DNA from: Nostoc sp.
GTDB taxonomy: Bacteria > Cyanobacteriota > Cyanobacteriia > Cyanobacteriales > Nostocaceae
Length of the DNA: 64,000 nt
Assembly (NCBI GenBank): GCA_036918135.1
Contig: JBALDB010000028.1
Coordinates: 64,001-128,000 of the forward strand
Direction of reading: 5' to 3'
A model generated the notes under the pieces. It had not been told where the DNA came from. It ran no database searches and worked only from the letters and a program-made list of their open reading frames with translations. Every line of letters begins with the position of its first letter. Within the stretch, counting starts at the first letter, position 1. This document shows positions 10,371 through 20,716 of this stretch, piece after piece. The position numbers were made by a program, and so were the translations under genes.

Positions 10371-11656
10371 ATATCCTCGTCTTCATTCTCTAATCCTGGT
10401 CTGGATAATACTACCACTGGCTTTGGATTCCAAGGTGCAAAGAATGGCAATAATAATAATCCCGGTAAAGCAGCTATTGCTGTCAGTAGAAAGAATGTAG
10501 ACCAGCCGGTGGTTTGTGCCCATGTACCTGCTGGAGCCGTGAGAATATCTCTACTAAAAGCCTGCAAACTGGAAAGTAAGGCGTACTGTGTAGCTGAAAA
10601 GCTTTGGTTACAAAGACTCATCAAAAATGCTACAAAAGCAGCAGTTTCTAAACCCGCACAGAATTGTTCTATATTGACGGCAGCTAACATTAGATAAAAG
10701 TTTTTACCTACTACTGCTAACGCAAAGAAAGCCAAGTTACCGAGAGCTTGCATGATGGCGAATATCCAGAGCGATCGATTAACACCAATTTTGGTCATGA
10801 CAGCTCCTGCTGCCAAAGTGCCAACAATAGTGGCGAAAATTCCCAATGCACCAGGAAATGCAATATCGGTTTGAGTGAAATGTAAGCCTTTATCTAACAA
10901 AAATGGGGTGGATACATTCTTCAGTAAAGAATCCCCCAACTTGTAGATTACAATGAATATCAGGATTAAAAGTCCTTGTAGCCAGCCATGACGCTGAAAA
11001 AATTCAATAAAGGGTAATTTGACTGCGGCAGATAAAGTCTGAGGCGGGCGATCGCGTAGGACTGGTTCTGGTGCAAAAATAGAAGTTACCAGTCCTACGA
11101 GCATCAGCAGCGACATCAACAAGTAAACAGCTTGCCAAGGCATTCTGTCTGCCAAAAATAGGGTGACATAACCAGTTACGAGAATGGCAATGCGATAACC
11201 TAATAAATAAATAGACGCTCCAGCACCTCTTTCTTCTACTTCCACTACATCAGTGCGATAAGCATCAACTAAAATGTCTTGGCTAGCGCTTAAAAAGGCA
11301 ACGGCCACAGCAGCAATTATTAAAAGTTGTAGCCCTTGGGATGGGTGTTGTAGAGCCATGACAGCTATACTTGACAGTAATCCTACCTGTGTAATTACCA
11401 GCCAACCTCGTCGCCGCCCCAAAAAAGGCGGTACAAATCTATCTAGTAAAGGCGACCAGAGAAATTTTAAAGAATAGGGCAGCTTGACTAAACTAAAAGC
11501 GGCGATCGCTGCCAAACTGATTCCTTCTTTGGTCAACCATGCTTGTAATGTTTGACTGGTTAAATATAATGGCAACCCTGATGAAAAGCCAAGAAATAAC
11601 AAAGCTCCCATCTTCGGGCTGCTAAAAATTTGTAGCAGCGATTTATTTACTTGCAC
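10355..11656 (-). CDS. ampG: AmpG family muropeptide MFS transporter
   Basis: LGFSSGLP, KFLWSPLLD, GRRRGWL, SASQDI..DAYR, ATQYALLSS. Confidence 0.9.
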   Translation of the reverse strand: MQVNKSLLQIFSSPKMGALLFLGFSSGLPLYLTSQTLQAWLTKEGISLAAIAAFSLVKLPYSLKFLWSPLLDRFVPPFLGRRRGWLVITQVGLLSSIAVMALQHPSQGLQLLIIAAVAVAFLSASQDILVDAYRTDVVEVEERGAGASIYLLGYRIAILVTGYVTLFLADRMPWQAVYLLMSLLMLVGLVTSIFAPEPVLRDRPPQTLSAAVKLPFIEFFQRHGWLQGLLILIFIVIYKLGDSLLKNVSTPFLLDKGLHFTQTDIAFPGALGIFATIVGTLAAGAVMTKIGVNRSLWIFAIMQALGNLAFFALAVVGKNFYLMLAAVNIEQFCAGLETAAFVAFLMSLCNQSFSATQYALLSSLQAFSRDILTAPAGTWAQTTGWSTFFLLTAIAALPGLLLLPFFAPWNPKPVVVLSRPGLENEDEDIWGIK

Positions 11657-11799
11657 AATCTTGAAGATTCCTTTTTATTTAATTGAATTGCAGTTATCTT
11701 GCCATAACTACTGTCTAATTTCGTGTAAGCGCACAAACCTGCTAAGATTTACTTTATTTAAGATACATATCAGCAATACTCTAACAGTGTGATTATTCC

Positions 11800-13257
11800 T
11801 TAATTTTCCTTAATTGAATAAACCTGATGTGCCCTGATTTCTACCCAGTGGGCAGCGAGGCATTTCTCCCAACCTTCACGAGTGCCGATATCGCTTTTGT
11901 GCTTGAGCAATCCTAATTCCTCTTCTTGTTGGGTGAGTTTCGCAAATTCTTGGTAACGCGGATAATCGGCGCTAACAAATGTTTCTTTGCGGTGCAAAAT
12001 GGGCGGATTTGCTCTAGTTTTATACTCTCGGTGAGTAACAGTTAGGGTTTTTAAGTCAATACTTATACTTGCATTTAAAGCTGGATGGGCATCAATATCA
12101 AATTCTGGATAAAAAAGATAGGATATTTGCGGTTTATCAATGTGATATTTTATCAATGTGGCTCGGTCTACACGCCCAATGGTGCGGCTAGCGCAGCCTT
12201 CATAAATTCGCAGTAAAGGATCGAGTGCAGCAAGTGCCGAAACATGGACGTAAAGTGCGCCACGGGTGTGTTTACCAATTTTGCTTTTTTCGCAAGCAGT
12301 TTGAATCACCCCAGATTTGCCTAAGCTAAAAAGCTTTTGGTCGGCGACTTCGCAGGCTTCTTCGTAGCTACTAAAAAAGGCTTTGATGTCGTGACGCATT
12401 TCTGGTGCTAGTTTCTGCCATGCAGGGCGGCGATCGAAGTGGGTGAGGGCGAGATAAACTTGAATATCTAGAGAACGACGATAAGCGATCGCATCCCATT
12501 CTGCTTCGTCGGTAGCTTGTAAAACTACGCCAAAGGCACGGCGGAAGTTACCAAATTCGCTCAATAATTCCTGTTCATTTTCCAATTCCCCTTTCACAGG
12601 CAGTCTACCGCGCTTGGTAAAAAAAGCCATAAGTGGTTGCAGCTGTTCTTGGTAATCTTCAAACCGCTTAGTGGGAATACAGACTCGCGGTGTAGAAGAA
12701 GTAGAGAAGAAGCGGATAGCTTTGTAACTTTCTTTTTGGGCTTCATCTCGAAAAACAAAGTAGACGCCTAGCGCTATGGGCACAGCATCCACATTTAGCA
12801 CTTCATCAATGTAAGTTTTAAGTTCCTCTTGTTCGTAATATTTCTGAAAAGTGTTGCGGCGGGTTACAATGCCATCGTTGTAAGCAAGTTGGGTTTTGCT
12901 GGGGGCGTTAATCAGTATTTGAGCGGCGACAATTAAAACTTGTTGGGTGAGTTCCCAAGCTTGGATGAGACTTTGACGGCGTTCCTCTGCATCTTCGATG
13001 ACATTGAGGACATAACCCAAGTTGACGACATCGGCTCTAGTGCGTGGAACATCGGGATAGTAGTAAGGGTCCCAGCCTGCACTCGTATAGCCTAAGTTTG
13101 CAACTCGCTGCACATCACCACCGTAGCCGCAACCATAGTCAAAAAAAGTGGTGTCTTGATGCAGAATTGCCCATTCTATTGCTAATCGCACAGGGCGAGA
13201 TAGATCGGTACGAGCGATCGCAGCTCTATGACGCTCGATTTCTAACGCTTCAGGCAT
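11800..13257 (-). CDS. DNA phosphorothioation-associated putative methyltransferase
   Basis: SAM motif FFDYGCGYGGD, GWDPYY, LGYVLNVIED, NTFQKYY, NPPILHRKETF; immediately downstream of dndE. Confidence 0.85.
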   Translation of the reverse strand: MPEALEIERHRAAIARTDLSRPVRLAIEWAILHQDTTFFDYGCGYGGDVQRVANLGYTSAGWDPYYYPDVPRTRADVVNLGYVLNVIEDAEERRQSLIQAWELTQQVLIVAAQILINAPSKTQLAYNDGIVTRRNTFQKYYEQEELKTYIDEVLNVDAVPIALGVYFVFRDEAQKESYKAIRFFSTSSTPRVCIPTKRFEDYQEQLQPLMAFFTKRGRLPVKGELENEQELLSEFGNFRRAFGVVLQATDEAEWDAIAYRRSLDIQVYLALTHFDRRPAWQKLAPEMRHDIKAFFSSYEEACEVADQKLFSLGKSGVIQTACEKSKIGKHTRGALYVHVSALAALDPLLRIYEGCASRTIGRVDRATLIKYHIDKPQISYLFYPEFDIDAHPALNASISIDLKTLTVTHREYKTRANPPILHRKETFVSADYPRYQEFAKLTQQEEELGLLKHKSDIGTREGWEKCLAAHWVEIRAHQVYSIKEN

Positions 13258-13382
13258 AAGGCTAATTCGTATTCGTAATGACGCTCGTTCCTCGCTAACG
13301 CTTCGCTATCGCGGCGCTAACGTAATTCGTAATTAAGAAAGTTGGGTATATGCCGTTTTTTTACCCATTAGCTAATATCCTT

Positions 13383-13769
13383 TCAATCTTTGATCGCTAG
13401 TTCTACTAAATCTTCAATTTTCTTGATATTTTGATCGCCTGCTAAGTAACCGATACCGCGATGCAAATGTAGGCGGAATTGGGTGGCGAGGGTTTCTTTA
13501 TCGGTGCCACAACCATCGTTGTGACAGCGTTGCTTGAGGGCGAGAAGGAGAAGATCGGACATTTCGCCGCCAAAGACACGCCAAGTCATTTCGACGTTGC
13601 TATCTTGGGGAATTGGTACCGGGGAAGGTGGAGTTGGTTCTGCTAGGGAACGACAAAACGCCCAACGGCAAAGAATATTCCATTGGTCAATTTTAGTGCT
13701 GCGTCTGAGTTTGAGAAGTTGGTCTTTGGCTGTTTGGGAAAGTTTAATTCTTTCGATTGGGGATTCCAT
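13383..13769 (-). CDS. dndE: DNA sulfur modification protein DndE
   Basis: IKLSQTAKDQL.KL.R.T.IDQWNILCRWAFCRSL...FRLHLHRGIGYL; follows dndD. Confidence 0.9.
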   Translation of the reverse strand: MESPIERIKLSQTAKDQLLKLRRSTKIDQWNILCRWAFCRSLAEPTPPSPVPIPQDSNVEMTWRVFGGEMSDLLLLALKQRCHNDGCGTDKETLATQFRLHLHRGIGYLAGDQNIKKIEDLVELAIKD

Positions 13770-13811
13770 AATCTTGCTAAAAATAGTGATTTTCTTTAGC
13801 TAGGATATTTA

Positions 13812-15800
13812 CTACCAAAAATATTGATTTTCTAGTACTGTTGTTTGACGGGTAGCAGAATCGTATTTGAGGAGGTATTCGCGGGCGATCGCTTCATTTT
13901 TCCTCAGTGTTTCAACTTCTTTTTTACCGATTTCGGTATCAGTAGAAAGGAGAATTACTTGATGGCTGGCGGCGGGGAAGTATTTTTCTACTAGGTTATT
14001 GCGGTGGGAGGAGTCGAGTCTGCCGAGAGGTGTGTCGATGGCTACGGGTAAGCGCAGACCGGAGACTTTGGCTAATCCCCACAAGAAGGCGATCGCTAGT
14101 AGTTGTTTTTCACCAGCTGAAAGGCGATGTTTGGGAACTGGTAACCCGTCGAAATCGAACAAAGATAAGGCAAAGGTTTTAGTATCAATAGCAATGCGAA
14201 ATACTAAATCTGATTTATGCAGTAGGTAGAGGAAACAATTCTTCACTTCTTCCTCTAATTTATTGAGTTTTCGCAGTGTTAATTTTTCTCGAAAAATCTT
14301 AAGGGTTTCTTGTACTTTCGAGGCTGAGGTAATGATATGTTCTCTATTTTTATGGTCTATATTTTTGTCAGTATAATCTTTTAACTCTTTTTTAGTTATT
14401 TCAATTGCATCAGTTAATGCTACTAATTTATGACGAGTGGTTTCGTAATTTGTTTTAGCTTGCACAACTTCGCTTTGTGCTACTTCCACGGCATCGTGTA
14501 GCTTTTGATAAGCTTCTGGTTCGGCAGCTGTCTGCACTTGTCTTTCTAACGTAATAATTTCTTCTTCTATATTTTTGAGATTACCTAACTTTTGTTTTGC
14601 AGTATTACGAGCATTCTGTAAATGATATCTCACATTATCTAATTGACTCAAACTTTCCTCGTCAGCTAATAACCAAGGTGGTTCAACTTGGAATGAACTT
14701 GTATATAAATTATCTACATCTTCGGCTAAAAAAGATTGAATTTTATCGATTTGTGTTGAGGCGATCGCTAACTGACTTAACCATTCAAGTAAGCGTTTAT
14801 CTCGCTCAAGCAAAACATCTCTAGCAAGTTGTACCTGCTGATTACGAAATTCATTTGCTCCTTGTGCTTCTACCTGACTTAATAAATTAGGAATTAATGC
14901 TAAAGGCAAGATATCAGCAGCTAATTCACACAACGACTGCCGAATTGTTTTTAACGCAGTAGTTTTTTCTTTTTGTTTTTCTTCTAACTGACTGCGTTCT
15001 GCGGCGATTTTACCACCCTCAGATACGAATCTATCTAAAGCTTCTCTTTGAATAGTCTCTAATTCTTCAATTTTATTTTTGAAACTAGCTAATTCTTGTT
15101 CTGTTGTTTGATAATCTTCTTGCTGTTGTAATAACCTTTTTTCAATTTCTTCTAGGTTGGCTAAATCTTTTGTATCAACAATTCCTTTACGCTTGCGGTT
15201 GACTAAAACCTCCAAATCAACTGCTAATTTGTCAGCCAATTCTAGCCCTAACAGTCCGCGAATAGCTTCAATAACCATTTGTGGTGGTGTTTCTTGTTCT
15301 GCCAGTTCTTTAACTTGTTCGCCATCAAATAAAAATAAATTAGAAATTCCTAAAGGCAGTAGATTTTCTATATAGTCGTCCCAAATATTTGCTAGATAAT
15401 CGACCGGCCAAGTGTCATCATCACCTAAAATTCCTAATGTATCTTTACCATCTTTAAGATTTTTTTCCCAAGTTCTAACAATACGATATTTTATTGGCTT
15501 ATCGTCTTCGATGTGTTCAAATAGTAACTCAATTCTGGTCTTTTCCGCAGGGTTAGCTTTACTATTAACACATTGGTTTAAAAAATCACTGTAACTCAGA
15601 TTACCACGAGTAGAACATTGGGCGCGTTGTCCATATAGGGCAAGACGAATAGCATCCATGAGAGTAGTTTTTCCGCCGCCATTCATACCACCTAATAAGA
15701 GAATTGGGCGAGGATTTTCCTCAGTTCTTGGGTCAAGATTGATTACTTGTCTGCCAGAGTAAGGGCCAAAATTTTGTAATACGAGTTCCAGAAATATCAT
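13812..15800 (-). CDS. dndD: DNA sulfur modification protein DndD (SMC-like ATPase)
   Basis: Walker A GMNGGGKTT, FLFDGEQ, coiled coil, LSAGEKQ signature, IDTPLGRLDSSHR, ILLSTDTE. Confidence 0.92.
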   Translation of the reverse strand: MIFLELVLQNFGPYSGRQVINLDPRTEENPRPILLLGGMNGGGKTTLMDAIRLALYGQRAQCSTRGNLSYSDFLNQCVNSKANPAEKTRIELLFEHIEDDKPIKYRIVRTWEKNLKDGKDTLGILGDDDTWPVDYLANIWDDYIENLLPLGISNLFLFDGEQVKELAEQETPPQMVIEAIRGLLGLELADKLAVDLEVLVNRKRKGIVDTKDLANLEEIEKRLLQQQEDYQTTEQELASFKNKIEELETIQREALDRFVSEGGKIAAERSQLEEKQKEKTTALKTIRQSLCELAADILPLALIPNLLSQVEAQGANEFRNQQVQLARDVLLERDKRLLEWLSQLAIASTQIDKIQSFLAEDVDNLYTSSFQVEPPWLLADEESLSQLDNVRYHLQNARNTAKQKLGNLKNIEEEIITLERQVQTAAEPEAYQKLHDAVEVAQSEVVQAKTNYETTRHKLVALTDAIEITKKELKDYTDKNIDHKNREHIITSASKVQETLKIFREKLTLRKLNKLEEEVKNCFLYLLHKSDLVFRIAIDTKTFALSLFDFDGLPVPKHRLSAGEKQLLAIAFLWGLAKVSGLRLPVAIDTPLGRLDSSHRNNLVEKYFPAASHQVILLSTDTEIGKKEVETLRKNEAIAREYLLKYDSATRQTTVLENQYFW

Positions 15801-15870
15801 TATCTATATTTAACCCGTGCAAGTGGGTTTTGTTTGTGTAACGGCGATTTCTAATTGTCAAGAATTTTTT

Positions 15871-15895
15871 GTAGGGTGTGCATTGCCCACCCTAC
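15871..15895. repeat. REP-like palindrome
   Basis: GTAGGGTGTGCATTGCCCACCCTAC imperfect hairpin with GTAG end. Confidence 0.65.
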
Positions 15896-15921
15896 CACAT
15901 TTTTCATTAGCTGAAGTCTAA

Positions 15922-16176
15922 TTAGTTTGTCAGAATGTGCCTAGTTAAAATACTCATAACTTCACCAGGGTTAGAACTAGGTAATAAAGGACTCCACTCA
16001 TTAACTTGGGCAAAACCAAGTTTGTATAAAGTCAGAATTATGTTGTTAACACCTTTTTTAGAACCATAAATTACAACTTTTACAGATTCTTTATTTGGTG
16101 TTGTTTCTGTAGAATCCTTGGTGGAAACAAGCAGCGCGTTAGTTTCCAAAGTCTCTGCTAGAAAGCTTGTACTCAT
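15922..16176 (-). CDS. Small cyanobacterial hypothetical protein (…LGFAQVNEWSPLLP…GEVMSIL family)
   Basis: 84 aa; ATG with upstream AGGT; divergent from the XRE gene. Confidence 0.7.
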   Translation of the reverse strand: MSTSFLAETLETNALLVSTKDSTETTPNKESVKVVIYGSKKGVNNIILTLYKLGFAQVNEWSPLLPSSNPGEVMSILTRHILTN

Positions 16177-16205
16177 TGAAATTTACCTGTTTGTGAATAA
16201 GCAGC

Positions 16206-16261
16206 CTTGTTACATAAACGTAACAAGATTATCTTACACTGTTTGTTACATATATAGAACA
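16206..16261. promoter_or_regulatory. Tandem palindromic operator candidates between divergent genes
   Basis: CTTGTTAC-N6-GTAACAAG (16206-16227, perfect) and TGTTAC-N6-AGAACA (16244-16261, degenerate). Confidence 0.6.
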
Positions 16262-16297
16262 TTTACTAGGTTATAAGCCTTTGACACAATCAAAGGC

Positions 16298-16543
16298 ATG
16301 GGAAAAGCAGGTAAAGCGCTGAAACAGGTGTTGGAAATCTACGGCATCAGCCAAAATAAATTAGCAGTCACAATGGGAACAGGACGACCAAACGTTCACC
16401 GATGGGTTAATGAGATGACAGACCCTGTAGCTGATGCGGTGTTGGAAATTCGTGATGCACTCAAGAAAATTAATCCAGCCGCAGCAGAAGATTTTATCAG
16501 GCTGTACTTGGGAGATGCTGACGATGATAATGAGCAAGCTTAA
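16298..16543 (+). CDS. XRE-family helix-turn-helix regulator
   Basis: LKQVLEIYGISQNKLAVTMGTGRPNVHRWVNE..DP; stop shares TTAA with the dndC stop. Confidence 0.85.
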   Translation: MGKAGKALKQVLEIYGISQNKLAVTMGTGRPNVHRWVNEMTDPVADAVLEIRDALKKINPAAAEDFIRLYLGDADDDNEQA

Positions 16544-18195
16544 GGCTTTGTTTGTTGATTTTTAAATTTCATATTTGCCCAAGTCTTGGCATTGTCAGCA
16601 GATTTTGTAGTATTTGTTGTGTCAATTTGTGTATCCGGTGTACTTGTTTGTTCCTCTGGTGCGACAAAATCTGCTAAAGTCAGCTGCTTGACCTTTTCAA
16701 TATCACCTTGTTCAACTGCTTTTTTCAAATCATAAGTTAAAAGAGCATTATCAACAGCTTGTTTTTGAGAGCGCGAACTAGTTTTAAAGCATTTTTCTAA
16801 TCTTTCGTAAATTCCTATACGACGCGACATTTTCCGAAATTGGCGTTCTGTGTCTAAGAGTTTTGCTATCAGTTCTAAGTGCATCTCATCATCTATACAG
16901 ACTTCTTCTAACACAGCCCATTCATCGCTACCTAATAAGCTAAGGTCAGCACCTGGACGGGGGTCTTTAAATTCTTCACCTGTGACCTCTTGATAAATGC
17001 GGGGTAAGCTGTCGTCAAACTCGTGTTTTTCTTCTAACCAAATACGGCGAATTGCACTCAATTCTTCTAGGGAGATAAGAGTAATGTCGCGCATATTTTC
17101 CGGTGCTGTGCAGCGAATTTGGGTTTGTGCCTCTAAAACTCGTCTTAACCAATGTTCGCGCCAGTATTTTGTATATGGCCCAGGTATTGGTTCAACAGAG
17201 ACTTTTCCATCTTTATTGCGTTCAAATAATTGGACTTCTCCTCTAAGTCTTCGGAAGTCTCTTTTGTCTCTGTCATCTTCAGCATCTAATTCATTACGGA
17301 TATCTAATAAAGGCTGCATCCATTCTTTTTCTTCATCATTCTGGATCATCGCCTGCATAGATTTATCTTGATTAACTAGTGTGCAAACCCAACAGCCAAA
17401 TCGTGAATCGCCACAACTGGGAGTTGAGGTATCTATAACTAAAGGGCATTCATTATCTGCTGTTGCACCTCGATATAAACTAAATAATTCTTTATTGCTA
17501 TGCCCCCAAGGATTCTCATATTGGTTAAGGTAGATCCAAACATCATTATTACTCCAATCTTCAATAGGAGTATAAATTAAAGAATTAGGAAGGCTAGCAT
17601 TAGGACTTAAGTGTTCTCTTACCCTACTTGCTTGATGTTTTTTCATAGTGGCAGCCCGTTTAGCACTTTCTGCTTTACGAGTACCTAAAACAAGTATTGT
17701 TTCACCGCTAGCTCGAACTATTTCACGAATGAATTGATTGGCTGGATTAATTTTTAAACGAGGCGTACACCAGCGAAACTGGTTGCGGGGGGCTGGGTAA
17801 CCTTTACCAATAAGATTTACCCAAAATGTGTCTTCAACTGCTGGATATAGTAGATGTGATTGAATCGGCATCCCTTTTTCTTTTGCAGCCGATGCCAGTT
17901 GGTTTATAGATTGACGAACCCACGCAGCAACAATAGGATTTTCTACCTGAGTATCTGTTGTAATTACATGAATTGTTTTATTTCTTTTTTTTGGAGGTAG
18001 AGCAGCGATCGCATTCCAAACAAGTTGCAAAACGGTGCTAGAGTCTTTGCCCCAAGATACGCCTATAATCCAAGGAATCCCATCTAAACAATACAATTCT
18101 TGAATTTCAGTGGTAAGAACTTGGATATACTCTACTAACTCTGCTACAGTACGTGTCTGCTGACCTTTATTTTCTGGTTGTTGTGCTTGAGTCAT
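16540..18195 (-). CDS. dndC: DNA phosphorothioation sulfurtransferase DndC
   Basis: PAPS-reductase-like: SWGKDS PP-loop, DTQVENP, FWVNLIGKGYPAP, RWCT.RLKI.P, SCGDSRFGCWVCT. Confidence 0.93.
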   Translation of the reverse strand: MTQAQQPENKGQQTRTVAELVEYIQVLTTEIQELYCLDGIPWIIGVSWGKDSSTVLQLVWNAIAALPPKKRNKTIHVITTDTQVENPIVAAWVRQSINQLASAAKEKGMPIQSHLLYPAVEDTFWVNLIGKGYPAPRNQFRWCTPRLKINPANQFIREIVRASGETILVLGTRKAESAKRAATMKKHQASRVREHLSPNASLPNSLIYTPIEDWSNNDVWIYLNQYENPWGHSNKELFSLYRGATADNECPLVIDTSTPSCGDSRFGCWVCTLVNQDKSMQAMIQNDEEKEWMQPLLDIRNELDAEDDRDKRDFRRLRGEVQLFERNKDGKVSVEPIPGPYTKYWREHWLRRVLEAQTQIRCTAPENMRDITLISLEELSAIRRIWLEEKHEFDDSLPRIYQEVTGEEFKDPRPGADLSLLGSDEWAVLEEVCIDDEMHLELIAKLLDTERQFRKMSRRIGIYERLEKCFKTSSRSQKQAVDNALLTYDLKKAVEQGDIEKVKQLTLADFVAPEEQTSTPDTQIDTTNTTKSADNAKTWANMKFKNQQTKP

Positions 18196-18349
18196 TGCTT
18201 CCTACCTCTGGACATTTGGGCGTTACTGCTTTTTTACCCCAGCGTATGGAATGCGCGGGTTCCCAAAAAGTTTTTAAAAACTGATTTATTAGTATCTAAC
18301 TTTTTGGAGAATATAGCTACATTACAAGACTAAGTTTTTAAAAATTAAT

Positions 18350-19948
18350 ATGAGAGACATTGCATCTGACCTAACTACTGATATTGCTAGAGAGTACCTA
18401 GAGAGAGAAAACAAGGAAAAAGAGGTACTAGCTTTACTTATACAGAAATTTTTAGAGAAAAAAGACCAAATTCTCGTTCAAAAAACTGAGATGGGTGGAA
18501 GTGAAGCTTATGTTGGTTCCGTCACCCTAGAATGGTTTGCAGGGCGAGTGCATTTCGCCTCTGGTTTACCTCTGCTGCAAAAAAAGTACAATCCAGAGAC
18601 TGGTAACATCGAAATTGATGCAGATAGTATCGATGAAATTCAACAACGTCCCGTTGACTGGTCGCGTCAAGCACCCTTAGTTCAGTATTTGGCTGCTAGA
18701 AAAAATCATAAGTTTCCAGCAGTGCTAGTGGTAATTAATCAACCTTGGGTGGATGACTCCAAAGCATCTGAGTGGGATAGTGAGGAACACGCCACAAAGT
18801 CTACTACAGATTTTACGCCTCTAGATAAAGATGGTAAGGTCGGCTTACTTAATGTATCTGAAGAAAATGTAACCATTTACGCCCTAGATGGTCAACATCG
18901 GCTCATGGGAGTTCAGGGTTTAATGGAGTTAATTAAAACTGGTAAACTCCAGCGATATAAAAAGGATAAAACTGTTGATGATAGTTTTATTACAGTGTCA
19001 GATTTAATACAGCAATATCAAGTAGATCCTGCTTATTTACAAACCTTACCTAAAGAAAAAATTGGTATTGAGTTCATTTGTGCAGTTAGCGCTGGGGAGA
19101 CTCGCAACGAAGCTAGAAGAAGGGTGAGATCGATTTTTGTCCATGTCAACCTGATGGCTGCACCTTTAACTAAAGGTCAGTTAGCACAGTTAAATGAAGA
19201 TGATGGTTTTTCTATTGTTGCTAGAAAAATTGCAGTGACTCATCCACTCTTAGAACAACGTCCAAATCGTAACCCGCGCGTTAATTGGAATAGTGCTACT
19301 GTAGCAGCGAACTCTACAGTTTTGACGACACTGCAAGCCATACAAGATATGTCTGAGCGATATTTAGGTCAAAAATTTCCACACTGGAAACCATTGGAAA
19401 AAGGTTTAATTCCCATGCGTCCAGAAGATGAAGAAATTGAGCAGGGAATTGAGGAATTTAAAAAGCTTTTTGATAATTTGGCTAATTTACCTAGTTATAA
19501 AATTTTGGAACATGAAGATACGCCTGTTTTGCGAAGATTTAGTTTTGAGAAGGGTGGTGGTGAAGCAAATATACTTTTCCGTCCTGTAGCACAAGTTGCT
19601 TTAGCACAAGCTTTAGGGTTTTTAGTATTTAAAAAAGGTTTTTCTATAACCAGTATTTTTAAGAAGTTGCGAAAGTTTGACCAACAAGGCGGTTTTGCTG
19701 GTATGGAATATCCTCAGTCTCTTTGGTATGGAGTTTTGTATGACCCTAATAAAAAGCGAGTGCAGGTTTCTGGAAAAGAATTCGCAACAAAGTTATTGAT
19801 TTATATTTTGGGCGGACTTCAGGAGCAGATGGAAATTGCTGAACTTCGCAAGGCGTTGGCTCATGGGAGAACTGTAGAAAATAAAACAATAGACTTTGAC
19901 GGTAATCTGGTAGAACCAAAGAAGGTAGGGCTGCCATACATTCTTTAA
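18350..19948 (+). CDS. DGQHR-domain (DndB-like) protein 1
   Basis: QQRPVDWSR...FPAVLVV...ALDGQHRLMG...IFVHVN; divergent from dndC. Confidence 0.85.
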   Translation: MRDIASDLTTDIAREYLERENKEKEVLALLIQKFLEKKDQILVQKTEMGGSEAYVGSVTLEWFAGRVHFASGLPLLQKKYNPETGNIEIDADSIDEIQQRPVDWSRQAPLVQYLAARKNHKFPAVLVVINQPWVDDSKASEWDSEEHATKSTTDFTPLDKDGKVGLLNVSEENVTIYALDGQHRLMGVQGLMELIKTGKLQRYKKDKTVDDSFITVSDLIQQYQVDPAYLQTLPKEKIGIEFICAVSAGETRNEARRRVRSIFVHVNLMAAPLTKGQLAQLNEDDGFSIVARKIAVTHPLLEQRPNRNPRVNWNSATVAANSTVLTTLQAIQDMSERYLGQKFPHWKPLEKGLIPMRPEDEEIEQGIEEFKKLFDNLANLPSYKILEHEDTPVLRRFSFEKGGGEANILFRPVAQVALAQALGFLVFKKGFSITSIFKKLRKFDQQGGFAGMEYPQSLWYGVLYDPNKKRVQVSGKEFATKLLIYILGGLQEQMEIAELRKALAHGRTVENKTIDFDGNLVEPKKVGLPYIL

Positions 19949-20029
19949 TTACAATTCATTGCTAGTTTCTCCCCTCTTCAAATATTATTATGCTACCCTG
20001 GTACGTAATGTATAAAGGGAGTCTAATTT

Positions 20030-20710
20030 GTGGCATGGCTACATGGTAATAATGCTGTGCAACAGCTAAGTGAAAACGTCGTTTTATACGATTTAGCACA
20101 GATACGTGGAAATAGTGCTGTTTTAAGCCGCATCCCCAATAACATTGGTGGTGTATATGCTTGGTATCGTCGCTTTGAAATTGAGCCTAATGCAATAAAC
20201 GATCCTGACATATTTGTTAACTATATTCTTAAAGAACTTAATAAGGATCATTCGGCTTCAAGAGAAACAAGACTTCCGCCAATACACAAAATCAAACTAG
20301 AACCAGACACTTGCTTTTCTAAAGAGTCTTTACTTAAAGAGTTAGCGGCTGATTCTTCTTTTCGGGAACTGCTTTTCATGCTTCTAAGCAATTCACTGAT
20401 ATTTCAGCAGCCACTATATATAGGAAAAGCTAAAAATTTATATTCTCGAATTCGTAGTCATCTTAGTGAAGGTAGCATTTTACGTGAACGTCTAGCTAAA
20501 GCTGGACACAAAATTAGTCGATGCAGACTTTTAATTATTCATACATCATATGGCTATTCAAGTATTGTTTCAGATGAAATTAATAAAGAAAACGACTTTG
20601 AACATGAATTGGATGAAGAATATGAATACTCTGAACTTGCTTCAGACAAACTAGTTGAAGATATATTATCTAGACTATTTATTCCATCATTTACTCTTAG
20701 GTATGGTTAA
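20030..20710 (+). CDS. GIY-YIG-like nuclease
   Basis: GGVYAWY...PLYIGKAKNLYSRIRSHL...conserved-position E (LVEDIL); long insert between the GVY and YIG motifs. Confidence 0.7.
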   Translation: MAWLHGNNAVQQLSENVVLYDLAQIRGNSAVLSRIPNNIGGVYAWYRRFEIEPNAINDPDIFVNYILKELNKDHSASRETRLPPIHKIKLEPDTCFSKESLLKELAADSSFRELLFMLLSNSLIFQQPLYIGKAKNLYSRIRSHLSEGSILRERLAKAGHKISRCRLLIIHTSYGYSSIVSDEINKENDFEHELDEEYEYSELASDKLVEDILSRLFIPSFTLRYG

Positions 20711-20716
20711 AACAGT

